Shown: positions 9,283 through 17,457 of the stretch, in pieces
Numbering within the stretch: position 1 is the stretch's first letter
Layout: every line of letters begins with the position of its first letter
Sequence record: OR352953.1
DNA length: 64,000 nucleotides
DNA from: Escherichia phage AV123
Reading direction: 5' to 3' (one strand)
Program-made: the position numbers and the translations under genes
The notes under the pieces: generated by a model
Databases searched by the model: none
Seen by the model: the letters and a program-made list of their open reading frames with translations, nothing else
Told to the model about the DNA's origin: nothing

Positions 9283-9636
9283 ATGAAAATTGTACACGAT
9301 GAAATTCAATTTGAAGAGAGTGATCTTCTTGATCTGGATGTGACACTAAGTAAACTGATCTACAACGCACTTTCTGCATATCGTGCAAAAGTGATAGCCA
9401 CAAACAATGTTAAAATTCCTAGCGGGTTACTTCGTCGGATGTACCCACACGCTAAAGGTGACTATCTACCTTATATGGAAGAACGAGCAGCAGAACACTG
9501 GTTAGAAATTCTTGAAAAAATGGAGTCCTCTTTTAAGGATTCAACTCCACCTGAAGAAGTTAATGAAAAACAACGGCAAGAGCGTTTAGAAGGTCGTATT
9601 TTGTTTGCTAAGTATTTCCATAATTTGTGGAGCTAA
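9283..9636 (+). CDS. hypothetical protein
   Basis: 117 aa; AAGGAG RBS. Confidence 0.55.
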   Translation: MKIVHDEIQFEESDLLDLDVTLSKLIYNALSAYRAKVIATNNVKIPSGLLRRMYPHAKGDYLPYMEERAAEHWLEILEKMESSFKDSTPPEEVNEKQRQERLEGRILFAKYFHNLWS

Positions 9637-9716
9637 ACATATCTGGTAAAATCACTTATATGTTCTTAGTATACTTGTGTAAAGAAGTTATCGGTCTAAT
9701 TAATTAAGGGGAAGAT

Positions 9717-9968
9717 ATGATTCAGTTTCAAAAAGGTCAAAAGATGACAGTTCACGATGCAGAGGAAATGGAGTTTGCACTTAAACTTCTCGAAAATGCT
9801 GGGTTTGTGTGGATCAACGGTGGAGAGAAGCCTACAGCTTGGCTTCCGCATGAGAAAATAGCCAACCACACCTTCCCTGATAGTATCAATTGGCATTCTG
9901 ATGGTAAGATTTGCCGTGGAAGTTACCCAACAGGTGTTGAGTGGACTATTAAATTAGGAGGGCTTTAA
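9717..9968 (+). CDS. hypothetical protein
   Basis: 83 aa; AAGGGG RBS. Confidence 0.5.
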   Translation: MIQFQKGQKMTVHDAEEMEFALKLLENAGFVWINGGEKPTAWLPHEKIANHTFPDSINWHSDGKICRGSYPTGVEWTIKLGGL

Positions 9969-9969
9969 T

Positions 9970-10308
9970 ATGTTTAGTAAAGAAATGAGAGAAGTAATTG
10001 CCACTTTGGTAGTTGATCATGGTGTTGAAGTTGAGCGTCACGTTTGGAACGATGAACCTCCTTTCTTCGATTTGGCATCACGAGCTAAAAGTCATATGCA
10101 CCTGCTGGAAGACGGTAATGAGTTTGTTCTCCGTATGCGTTATGATCGAGAGTTTCGAATTCCGCTTGACACTGAACCAGATGGTGTAGTAATGTGGTTG
10201 GCAGAACATTTCGCATACGATGCACTACATGGAAGAAGTTTTGGTAATGAGCGTTGGGATGCCATTTGTCGTAAGCATAATATTGAACCAGAGTACGGAG
10301 TTTTATAA
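9970..10308 (+). CDS. hypothetical protein
   Basis: 112 aa. Confidence 0.5.
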   Translation: MFSKEMREVIATLVVDHGVEVERHVWNDEPPFFDLASRAKSHMHLLEDGNEFVLRMRYDREFRIPLDTEPDGVVMWLAEHFAYDALHGRSFGNERWDAICRKHNIEPEYGVL

Positions 10309-10559
10309 TGTTAAGTATCAAACCTAAAATGATAACAGCAGATGAAGCAGACTTTATTTTCAAATGTGGACGTGTATGGAGAGAATTCACAAAAGGGAAT
10401 GAAGTGGTGGTTGTTGTCGAACACAAGATATCTATCCAGGATCTGTTTGGACAATATGTTGATGTTATTAAATTAGGTATTGACAAGGGTTTAGTTGAGG
10501 TGTTAACATTAGATCAAGTTGAAGCAGAGCACCTCGACAAAGTAGTGGTTGAATTTTAA
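10308..10559 (+). CDS. hypothetical protein
   Basis: 83 aa; ATG overlaps upstream stop. Confidence 0.5.
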   Translation: MLSIKPKMITADEADFIFKCGRVWREFTKGNEVVVVVEHKISIQDLFGQYVDVIKLGIDKGLVEVLTLDQVEAEHLDKVVVEF

Positions 10560-10579
10560 AATACAGATGGGAGAAAGGT

Positions 10580-10753
10580 ATGAGTTTCTTTGTTACAGTA
10601 TTTATGGCTATCTGGATTGTAGTCTCACTCGTTCTTTTCCTGGTGGGTTGTCTGGAAGAGATTAAGAAAGCGGTTATTTGCGGTTTCTTTGGCTTTATTA
10701 TCTCTCCTGCCTGGATGTGGTTCTTCATTATGATTGGTTTCCTTAAAAGGTAA
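10580..10753 (+). CDS. small membrane protein (57 aa)
   Basis: hand-translated; GGGAGAAAGG RBS; two hydrophobic helices. Confidence 0.45.
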   Translation: MSFFVTVFMAIWIVVSLVLFLVGCLEEIKKAVICGFFGFIISPAWMWFFIMIGFLKR

Positions 10754-10767
10754 GTGAGGAATAAAGA

Positions 10768-11205
10768 ATGAGTAAAACAAACGCAATCGCAGATAAAGCA
10801 ACTGATGTACTTCTGAACATGGTTAACGTCACTATTCAAACAATGAGTGATGTTGTAGAGTTTGGAAAACAACAAATTCCAGAAGTAATTCATCAATTAT
10901 TAATGTGGAAAGCAGTATCCGCAGGTTTATGGCAACTTTTTAGTATTTGCTTTATGTTTATTACTTTTATTGTTGTGCGGAACCTCATAAAAGCAATTAA
11001 AGATAAAGAATGTCTGTGGTCACGAGATCGCTATGGTGAGGTATCTGCTTTGCCTATTGTTGGTCTTGTTGTCTGTGCTTTCTTTTTCTTTTTAGGATTT
11101 GTTATTTTCTTTTCGAATTTCGATTGGCTAAAAATTATTATTGCACCAAAAGTGTATCTGATTGAATTTGCTGCTGATTTAATTCGTTCATCTCAACAAA
11201 GATAA
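10768..11205 (+). CDS. membrane protein
   Basis: 145 aa, three hydrophobic segments. Confidence 0.55.
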   Translation: MSKTNAIADKATDVLLNMVNVTIQTMSDVVEFGKQQIPEVIHQLLMWKAVSAGLWQLFSICFMFITFIVVRNLIKAIKDKECLWSRDRYGEVSALPIVGLVVCAFFFFLGFVIFFSNFDWLKIIIAPKVYLIEFAADLIRSSQQR

Positions 11206-11217
11206 AAGGGGTTTAAA

Positions 11218-12345
11218 ATGAAATACACGATTTATGGTGATATTGTAAGTGTAAATAAAGATATGGGCGTGGAATCTAACTATCTTCCACCTGGATTCTA
11301 TACTGTTAGTCGTGATCCCCTTGGCAATTACTTTTTAAGCCGTGGTAATCTAACAGGTGTACCGGATGTTCTGTATGGTGAAACAGAAAAACGAGCAAAT
11401 CACGTTATTCGTACATTCCATCGCCGGAGTGCACAAGGTAAAAATACAGGTTTGCTCCTGACAGGCACTAAGGGCAGTGGTAAAACTATGTTAGCCAAAC
11501 TCATTAGTCGTGACCTTGTAGAAGAAGGTATTCCAACTATTATGGTTACTCAAGCCTACAGCGATGCTAATTTCATTGAACTTATTAGCAAGATCACCGA
11601 CAAAGCAGTGATTATTTTTGACGAGTTTGATAAAGTATATGAGAAGAAACAAGATCAAGAAGCACTTCTCACTTTGTTAGATGGTACTGGCAGTGGTAAT
11701 AAACTGTTTATTCTAACTAAAAACAGTGGCTTTATCTCTGAATTCTTTCTAAATCGTCCTAGTCGTGTGTTTTATAATTTTAATTATGATAAAATCTCAC
11801 TAGAAACTATGATTGACTATTTAGATAAAAACCTGGATAACAAAGCACACTTTGATAATTTCCAAAGGCTTTGGGATGTAAGTTTAGAGTTGTCCTTTGA
11901 TGTGATCCAAGGTATAGTAGAAGAACTTAATTTCTACCCTGATTTATCCTTTAAAGAATGCATCTCTATGATGGGCGTTTCTTTGGGTGGTGGTAATAAG
12001 TGGGATATCAGCAGCGTTGTTATTAATGGGAAACTTCAGAAAGTTAGCTGGGTATCTAGTTGGCATAACTTCACACCTGCAATCTTTTTAGGTGGCTCGT
12101 GCACACTAGACGTGTACTTGTCATCTCCAAGTGATGCAGACTCTAAAGAAGCCCTTGCTAATAGCTCTTACGTGGTTTTTGATGATGAAGGAGATGCTCG
12201 AATTCCATTGAATGCGACAAAAATGAAAGCAGATCTTATTACAGGCGGTAAAATCGTTGTGTTTAGTGATGATCCAGAAGATTCTTTCCGTATTGTTCTG
12301 GAACCAACTATCACCAATGGTGCAACTTTGGCAAGCGTGTTTTAA
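11218..12345 (+). CDS. AAA-type ATPase domain protein
   Basis: Walker A GTKGSGKT, Walker B IIFDEFD; 375 aa. Confidence 0.65.
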   Translation: MKYTIYGDIVSVNKDMGVESNYLPPGFYTVSRDPLGNYFLSRGNLTGVPDVLYGETEKRANHVIRTFHRRSAQGKNTGLLLTGTKGSGKTMLAKLISRDLVEEGIPTIMVTQAYSDANFIELISKITDKAVIIFDEFDKVYEKKQDQEALLTLLDGTGSGNKLFILTKNSGFISEFFLNRPSRVFYNFNYDKISLETMIDYLDKNLDNKAHFDNFQRLWDVSLELSFDVIQGIVEELNFYPDLSFKECISMMGVSLGGGNKWDISSVVINGKLQKVSWVSSWHNFTPAIFLGGSCTLDVYLSSPSDADSKEALANSSYVVFDDEGDARIPLNATKMKADLITGGKIVVFSDDPEDSFRIVLEPTITNGATLASVF

Positions 12346-12361
12346 GTAAGCCAGCAAATAA

Positions 12362-12390
12362 AAACCCGCTCCGGCGGGTTTTCTTGTATT
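12362..12390 (+). terminator. rho-independent terminator
   Basis: CCCGCTCCGGCGGG hairpin followed by TTTTCTTG. Confidence 0.6.
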
Positions 12391-12419
12391 GATGCCAGAT
12401 TTAATAAGAGGAGTAATAG

Positions 12420-13409
12420 ATGACAGCACCAAAATCATGGGAACAATATAAAGAAGAGTGTATACCAATAGCAGAGAGTAAGCAAATCCAAATCTTAGGA
12501 TGGACGGGACAATGGAAAGGGGTCCACACAAAACTTGATTTGTTGTGCCATTGTGGTTATAAATGGGATACTACAAGTATTAACAGTTTTAAATGTGGTA
12601 GCGGTTGTCCACAATGTAGGAGGAAGAATATAAGGAAGTCACAAACAATGTCCGACGATCAACATATTGCAGATTTCTTTTCTACAGGGGAATTTAAGGA
12701 AGGCACTATCTTCACTAACACAGGAACACGGGGTAAAGGATGTAGGAATATTATCTGGATGGTTGAATGTCCTGTTTGCTCTCATGATGAATATGTTCAA
12801 GCAGGTGTTTGTGATGGTAAATTTTACTCTGAAGGAGATAACCTTAAACGAGGGTATATTCCGTGTCGTTGTGGGAACTATCGGTATACAGAAGACCAGA
12901 TCACCTATAGGGTAAAAAAGGAAGTAGAAGGGAAAGGGTATGTCTGGGTAGATTGGATTACCAAACCCTCTTCTATAGGTAAGTTTAAATATCTTTGTCT
13001 TGTGCATGGTGAGCAGATAGGGAGTGCTAATAATTTATTAAGCCTCGGTCGAGGTTGTCCTATGTGTGCTGGTCATAGTCAGCAGCAGTTATATATTAAT
13101 ATTGTTAAGGATGATAATATTATAGTTGCTCTTAAGTTTGGTATAGCTAAAGATAGTGATAGGCGATTAAACATTCAAAATAGCCGTAATCTGTTTTTTA
13201 TGGAACGTATTTGTTTATATGATTTTAGCACAGTGAAACAGTGTAAGGCTGCTGAAAGAGCTATAAAGAAAAAATTAAAAACTGGTATTTTAACAGCAAG
13301 AGAGTTGAAAGACGGTCATACAGAAACAGTAAGTGTTTCTGATTTGGAAAATCTTCAAAAAATTATTACACAATATGGTGGCAAGTTAGTATACAATAAG
13401 GAGGTGTAA
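12420..13409 (+). CDS. zinc-ribbon repeat protein with C-terminal T5orf172/GIY-YIG-like domain
   Basis: four C..C pairs; C-terminal YINIV..ALKFGIAKDSDRRL fits T5orf172 pattern. Confidence 0.45.
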   Translation: MTAPKSWEQYKEECIPIAESKQIQILGWTGQWKGVHTKLDLLCHCGYKWDTTSINSFKCGSGCPQCRRKNIRKSQTMSDDQHIADFFSTGEFKEGTIFTNTGTRGKGCRNIIWMVECPVCSHDEYVQAGVCDGKFYSEGDNLKRGYIPCRCGNYRYTEDQITYRVKKEVEGKGYVWVDWITKPSSIGKFKYLCLVHGEQIGSANNLLSLGRGCPMCAGHSQQQLYINIVKDDNIIVALKFGIAKDSDRRLNIQNSRNLFFMERICLYDFSTVKQCKAAERAIKKKLKTGILTARELKDGHTETVSVSDLENLQKIITQYGGKLVYNKEV

Positions 13410-13961
13410 ATGCGGATTACTGATAAGTATGTGTTCTTCTTTTCAGCAAAAGATGAATTTAGCAACTGGTATCTATCATCTTTTATTGAACCTTTAGCAC
13501 CCAAGTATAATAATTCTATTACAAGTTCTGTTGAATTTACTTGTGTGGAACAATATATGATGTGGAGAAAAGCATGTTTGTTTTATGATTACAGTATTGC
13601 ATCTTCTATTTTAACCGGAGATCTAAGATATACAGGAGAAAAAGAACAAGCATATTATAAGCGACTAGGCAGATTAGTTAAAGATTATGATGAAGATACC
13701 TGGACTTCTTTACGGGAGAAGATTGTCAAACGTGGTTTGTATCTTAAATACACACAAAATGAAGATCTCAAAAATAAACTTATAACCTACGCAGATAAGG
13801 AGTTCGTAGAGGCAAGCCCTTATGATTCTATTTATGGTATCAAAATGGGGATGTGGGATCGTGACGTGGAAAATAAGGACTGTTGGAAAGGACAAAATCT
13901 TTTAGGAAAATGGCATACAGACCTTGCTGTTTATCTAAAAGCACAATCTGATATTTCCTGA
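13410..13961 (+). CDS. NADAR (YbiA-like) domain protein
   Basis: 183 aa; FF.S..EFSNW, VEQYMMW.KA, SPYDSIYGIKMG, NLLGK motifs recalled from NADAR/DUF1768. Confidence 0.6.
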   Translation: MRITDKYVFFFSAKDEFSNWYLSSFIEPLAPKYNNSITSSVEFTCVEQYMMWRKACLFYDYSIASSILTGDLRYTGEKEQAYYKRLGRLVKDYDEDTWTSLREKIVKRGLYLKYTQNEDLKNKLITYADKEFVEASPYDSIYGIKMGMWDRDVENKDCWKGQNLLGKWHTDLAVYLKAQSDIS

Positions 13962-14175
13962 TATTTTGAAAATTTTTATTTTTATAAAAAGGGGTGTGGG
14001 TTTCATGTACGGAAATTCACCCTCTGAATAATATATTCAGAGTAAATATTATTTTGTACTCTGTTAATAAATTATTTAATTTGTTTGTTGGATTATGATA
14101 TCTGGTTTTTAAAAGGCATACTATCTCTTAACTACTATTTATAACAGAACAGTAAAATCATTTTTATAAAAAGGA

Positions 14176-14382
14176 CAAAATTATTTAAAGTTTTTACAGA
14201 TTTTTGGATACAAATTTTGAAAATGAAAAGTTCAAGTTTGGTCAAAATTATTTAAAGTTTTTGTATGTATTTCTATCCAGATTTTGAAAATGAAAACTTC
14301 AATTTTTTAAAAATTCCCCAGTTTATTTAAAGTTTTTTTGCCTTTTTCCGTAGAAAAATCAAAAATGAAAAGTTCAATTTCG
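14176..14382. repeat. three tandem ~65 bp AT-rich direct repeats
   Basis: units at 14176, 14243, 14320 sharing ATTTAAAGTTTTT...ATTTTGAAAATGAAAAGTTCAA. Confidence 0.7.
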
Positions 14383-14400
14383 TGTTTTTATAGGTGTGTT

Positions 14401-14513
14401 AATGAGAATCATTTTCGTTTGTAAATGAGAATCATTATCATTTAACTATGTAAGTGATAATCATTCTCACTAAGAGAATGAGAATCATTAGCAAATGAGA
14501 ATTTTTCTCATTT
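14401..14513. promoter_or_regulatory. cluster of five Fur-box-like palindromes (ATGAGAAT-C-ATTCTCAT family)
   Basis: copies at 14401, 14424, 14454, 14474, 14493; one symmetric substitution from E. coli Fur core TGATAATCATTATCA. Confidence 0.5.
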
Positions 14514-14774
14514 AGAGAATAACGCGCAGGGGTGGTGTTTGTCTCGCGCTCCCGTGTCCCCTCGCCATACAATAAGAATAGCATAACCAACAACAAAAGC
14601 AAGCGATTATTTTTATCTTTACATTTCTTTACAAATTTATTTTAGACGAGCTACCAGCGATCAACCTTCCAACCAGTGCCCCCTGGTATGTTAGCCCCGC
14701 CTTTACGCCGTGGGGATGGCGCTTCCTCTTCTGTATGTAAAACAGTATAAGCCCGATCCCTGGGCTTGTCAAGA

Positions 14775-15041
14775 TTATTTTTTGTTTTCTTGCCAGGATA
14801 GGACACCTAACCAAAAATACATGTCGCCCCGCGCCCCTGGCGGGATCTTGCTTTCCCCGCCGCCACTGCAAGCCCATAGATAACCATTTGCGAACGTATC
14901 AAAATGATCTATTTCTTCCACCTTATGATCGCCCAGGTTGAGAACGGTTTCAACCTTTAAGCCCGTTGCGCTTGCTACCTGGTGCACCGTGCCGCCTTGC
15001 CAGCCTAATGAGTGCATGAGGTGTGAAGTAGTATTTGTCAT
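14775..15041 (-). CDS. hypothetical protein in GC-rich island
   Basis: 88 aa; ATG 15039-15041 with AAAGGG RBS; GC-rich unlike surroundings; overlaps a second ORF (14629-14877) in another frame. Confidence 0.35.
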   Translation of the reverse strand: MTNTTSHLMHSLGWQGGTVHQVASATGLKVETVLNLGDHKVEEIDHFDTFANGYLWACSGGGESKIPPGARGDMYFWLGVLSWQENKK

Positions 15042-15152
15042 GGTATCGCCCTTTCTTTGATGTGCGCCCTGGTTGGCGCGGTAGAAAGATAATAGCCCTT
15101 TCCTTTATAGATAGCAAGCAAAAAAGAAATGAAAAAAAGATTAAAAAAGGGG

Positions 15153-15181
15153 TTGACGGTTGGAACGATTAACGCTATTTT
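15153..15181 (+). promoter_or_regulatory. candidate sigma70 promoter
   Basis: TTGACG-17-TATTTT upstream of 15247 ORF. Confidence 0.3.
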
Positions 15182-15246
15182 GTTAGCCGTTCCAGTGTGG
15201 ATCACTGTAGCAATTGTTGTTTCAATCATTCTATAAGGCGCACACT

Positions 15247-15387
15247 ATGAGCAAGGTAATTAATCATAAAGAGTTAAACCCTACCCTTTCAATGAGTGAA
15301 TGTACCGATGGTTTTTGGCTGTATGATGATACGCGCGGTATGAATTTAGCCATGCGTGAAAAAAACAGAAGAGGCGGCGTATATTAA
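15247..15387 (+). CDS. small ORF (46 aa), possibly 5' part of a frameshifted gene
   Basis: ATG 15247; ends shortly after an A7 tract (15359-15365). Confidence 0.35.
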   Translation: MSKVINHKELNPTLSMSECTDGFWLYDDTRGMNLAMREKNRRGGVY

Positions 15388-15529
15388 AGCCCTGGGCTAC
15401 TATCAGGAGCGATTAAAGGAAGTAGAAAACAATTATAATAACCTAAAAGCAAAAGTAGATCACTTTATCAGCCAGGTAGCTCATGACGACGATGATCACT
15501 ACTGCGAACAATGTGGATCATATAGTTAA
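15356..15529 (+). CDS. small ORF in +1 frame, possibly 3' part of a frameshifted gene
   Basis: open from 15350; GTG at 15356; coiled-coil-like sequence; overlaps upstream ORF at the A7 tract. Confidence 0.35.
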   Translation: MKKTEEAAYIKALGYYQERLKEVENNYNNLKAKVDHFISQVAHDDDDHYCEQCGSYS

Positions 15530-15547
15530 AATTATCTAAAAATATTC

Positions 15548-15607
15548 TTGACAACGTTTTTTAATCTGATAAGATGTAACAAATAAGGCGGGAAGTGGTT
15601 TCCCACC
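15548..15607 (+). promoter_or_regulatory. promoter plus leader stem-loop cassette 1
   Basis: TTGACA-16-TAAGAT then GGCGGGAAGTGGTTTCCCACC hairpin, RBS, ATG 15633. Confidence 0.6.
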
Positions 15608-15632
15608 AGGCAATCAAAGAAAGGGTAACACA

Positions 15633-15995
15633 ATGAGCAAGCAAATCAATACTATCATGTTAAACCTGGTATCTTTCCGCGATGACGTGAAAAACCTTCC
15701 GCGTGATGCAGTGGATGCACGGATCGAAAGCTATCGCACACAGATCGCAACATTACCGTTAAAACGTGATCAACATGCCGCTAATATGATGCTTGATGCT
15801 ATGATTAAAAAGATGATTCAGTGTGATATTACCCTGGCTTATGAATATGCTGGCGATCTATTTGTAACATACAATAAACCCGTTCCAGGTATGAGCACAA
15901 CCGAAGAATTGCATGCCTTAAATCTGAGACAAGATGCATGGGATAACATGCGCCGTGTTATGGTATGGGTAGAAAGCGGCAAAATTTACGCGTAA
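15633..15995 (+). CDS. hypothetical early protein
   Basis: 120 aa; AAAGGG RBS. Confidence 0.6.
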   Translation: MSKQINTIMLNLVSFRDDVKNLPRDAVDARIESYRTQIATLPLKRDQHAANMMLDAMIKKMIQCDITLAYEYAGDLFVTYNKPVPGMSTTEELHALNLRQDAWDNMRRVMVWVESGKIYA

Positions 15996-15998
15996 AGA

Positions 15999-16052
15999 TT
16001 GACATTGCACTAAAACCTGATAAGCTATCTTAAAGCGGGAACTATTCCCGCT
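15999..16052 (+). promoter_or_regulatory. promoter plus leader stem-loop cassette 2
   Basis: TTGACA-16-TAAGCT then AGCGGGAACTATTCCCGCT hairpin. Confidence 0.55.
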
Positions 16053-16070
16053 TACATAGGATAAAACTTT

Positions 16071-16217
16071 ATGAAACAATATGTAATGAGTATTCACACC
16101 AAAAACGGCGCTACTGTTACGACTCCGGCACGGTTTGCACTTGTAAACCGTTGCAAAAGACTAAAACGAGAGCTAAAAAACAACCGTGCAACGGGCTTTA
16201 AACGCTGGGGAGGATAA
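16071..16217 (+). CDS. small basic protein (48 aa)
   Basis: hand-translated; AGGA RBS. Confidence 0.4.
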   Translation: MKQYVMSIHTKNGATVTTPARFALVNRCKRLKRELKNNRATGFKRWGG

Positions 16218-16219
16218 TC

Positions 16220-16480
16220 TTGTTTTTTCTAAAAGTTTTTGATAATGTGATCGCTTTTGAACATGCTACAACGTTCGACCTGGCGAGATACGCTATCAGG
16301 TTTAAAGATAATGTTTATCCCCGTGCTGGCGGCGGTTACACTATTTTTAATCATCGCAACGCGCAACTAACTGATATAACTAATCCAGATCCTGGAGTGT
16401 ATCGGATAGGCTGGCTACCGTCAAAAGATGCGGCAAGCATGTTTAAGGTATGTAAACTACTAACAGAAGAGGCGAACTAA
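16220..16480 (+). CDS. hypothetical protein (TTG start)
   Basis: 86 aa; GGAGGA RBS 5 nt before TTG; no in-frame ATG near N-terminus. Confidence 0.4.
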   Translation: MFFLKVFDNVIAFEHATTFDLARYAIRFKDNVYPRAGGGYTIFNHRNAQLTDITNPDPGVYRIGWLPSKDAASMFKVCKLLTEEAN

Positions 16481-16481
16481 C

Positions 16482-17036
16482 ATGGGGCGTGAATATGTGA
16501 TCCAGTCCTGGGTAAAGCATGATGCTAATGATCCGCGCATAATACCAGATGACATGATCGATCACATGGTAGGGTATAGCGGGGAGCAGATAGGAAATCG
16601 AGCGGCAAAGAGCAACGGCAACACCAGGACGCGATCCGTTCGCCCTGGATGGCTGGCAAATGGTAACGCTGACATTGCAAGCGCCGCAGATCCAAGCGAT
16701 GACGCTAAAAATAATCCCTTATACAGTATTGATCCGGCTTTTAAGGTGTTGGAAGAGTATCCCGCTAAATTAGCCGCACTAGATAAAGCATACGAAGAAA
16801 AACGGGTGGCATGGACTGTATACAACACCGCTAAAATGGTGCTAGATGCAAAATTGATTAAAGCCCAGGAGAAGATCAATAAACTTGTTACCATAGCGCG
16901 AGAGGAAGACCAGGACGACCAGGAGGAAGAGGAAGAAATCATGCCTAACCTGGAAGAGGAAGAGATCCAGCCATACACGCCGACAGAAGAGGAAAAAATA
17001 CAAGCCTTAAAAAATTATAAAAATTGTATTGTGTAA
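16482..17036 (+). CDS. hypothetical protein with strongly acidic C-terminus
   Basis: 184 aa; EEDQDDQEEEEEIMPNLEEEEIQ tail. Confidence 0.55.
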   Translation: MGREYVIQSWVKHDANDPRIIPDDMIDHMVGYSGEQIGNRAAKSNGNTRTRSVRPGWLANGNADIASAADPSDDAKNNPLYSIDPAFKVLEEYPAKLAALDKAYEEKRVAWTVYNTAKMVLDAKLIKAQEKINKLVTIAREEDQDDQEEEEEIMPNLEEEEIQPYTPTEEEKIQALKNYKNCIV

Positions 17037-17117
17037 GGCTTGACATATGCAAACAAGCCCCGTAATATGTACCACATAAAGCGGGGCAACGCCCCATAAG
17101 GTGAAATAAAAAATCAC

Positions 17118-17145
17118 TTGACACCTGAAATCAGTAAGCTATAAT
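17118..17145 (+). promoter_or_regulatory. sigma70 consensus promoter
   Basis: TTGACA-16-TATAAT. Confidence 0.6.
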
Positions 17146-17182
17146 GCTTATATAGATTGAAACATTACTAAGGAATAAAAGC

Positions 17183-17362
17183 ATGGCTATTATTGCAAAG
17201 ACTGAGATCGTAGGTTTAGATTCTATCATCCTGGCATATGAGGAAGCTATAGAAATGTATGTGGTTTCCTATGGTGATTATATCCGTGAATATAAATCTA
17301 TTGATCTAGCTTTTGAATGCTATATTCGCCAGGTCAATAAAGCATATGATGATTATCGTTAA
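17183..17362 (+). CDS. small hypothetical protein (59 aa)
   Basis: hand-translated; AAGGAA RBS. Confidence 0.45.
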   Translation: MAIIAKTEIVGLDSIILAYEEAIEMYVVSYGDYIREYKSIDLAFECYIRQVNKAYDDYR

Positions 17363-17457
17363 AAGTTTTAGTCTTGTGCTATTGACAACGAACGATAGTA
17401 CAAGCATAATAACTTTTATCGGGAATACTCCTAACTAATCAAAAGAGATTAAAGACT

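Noticed and set aside
14176-14382. Tandem direct repeats considered as a possible CRISPR array
   Set aside because: Units are about 65 bp, AT-rich and imperfect, with no regular short-repeat/unique-spacer alternation and no cas genes; better explained as iterons or regulatory repeats.
14629-14877. Arginine-rich 82 aa ORF on the minus strand
   Set aside because: Low-complexity R/G-rich translation typical of an out-of-frame read through GC-rich DNA; overlaps the better-supported 14775-15041 ORF.
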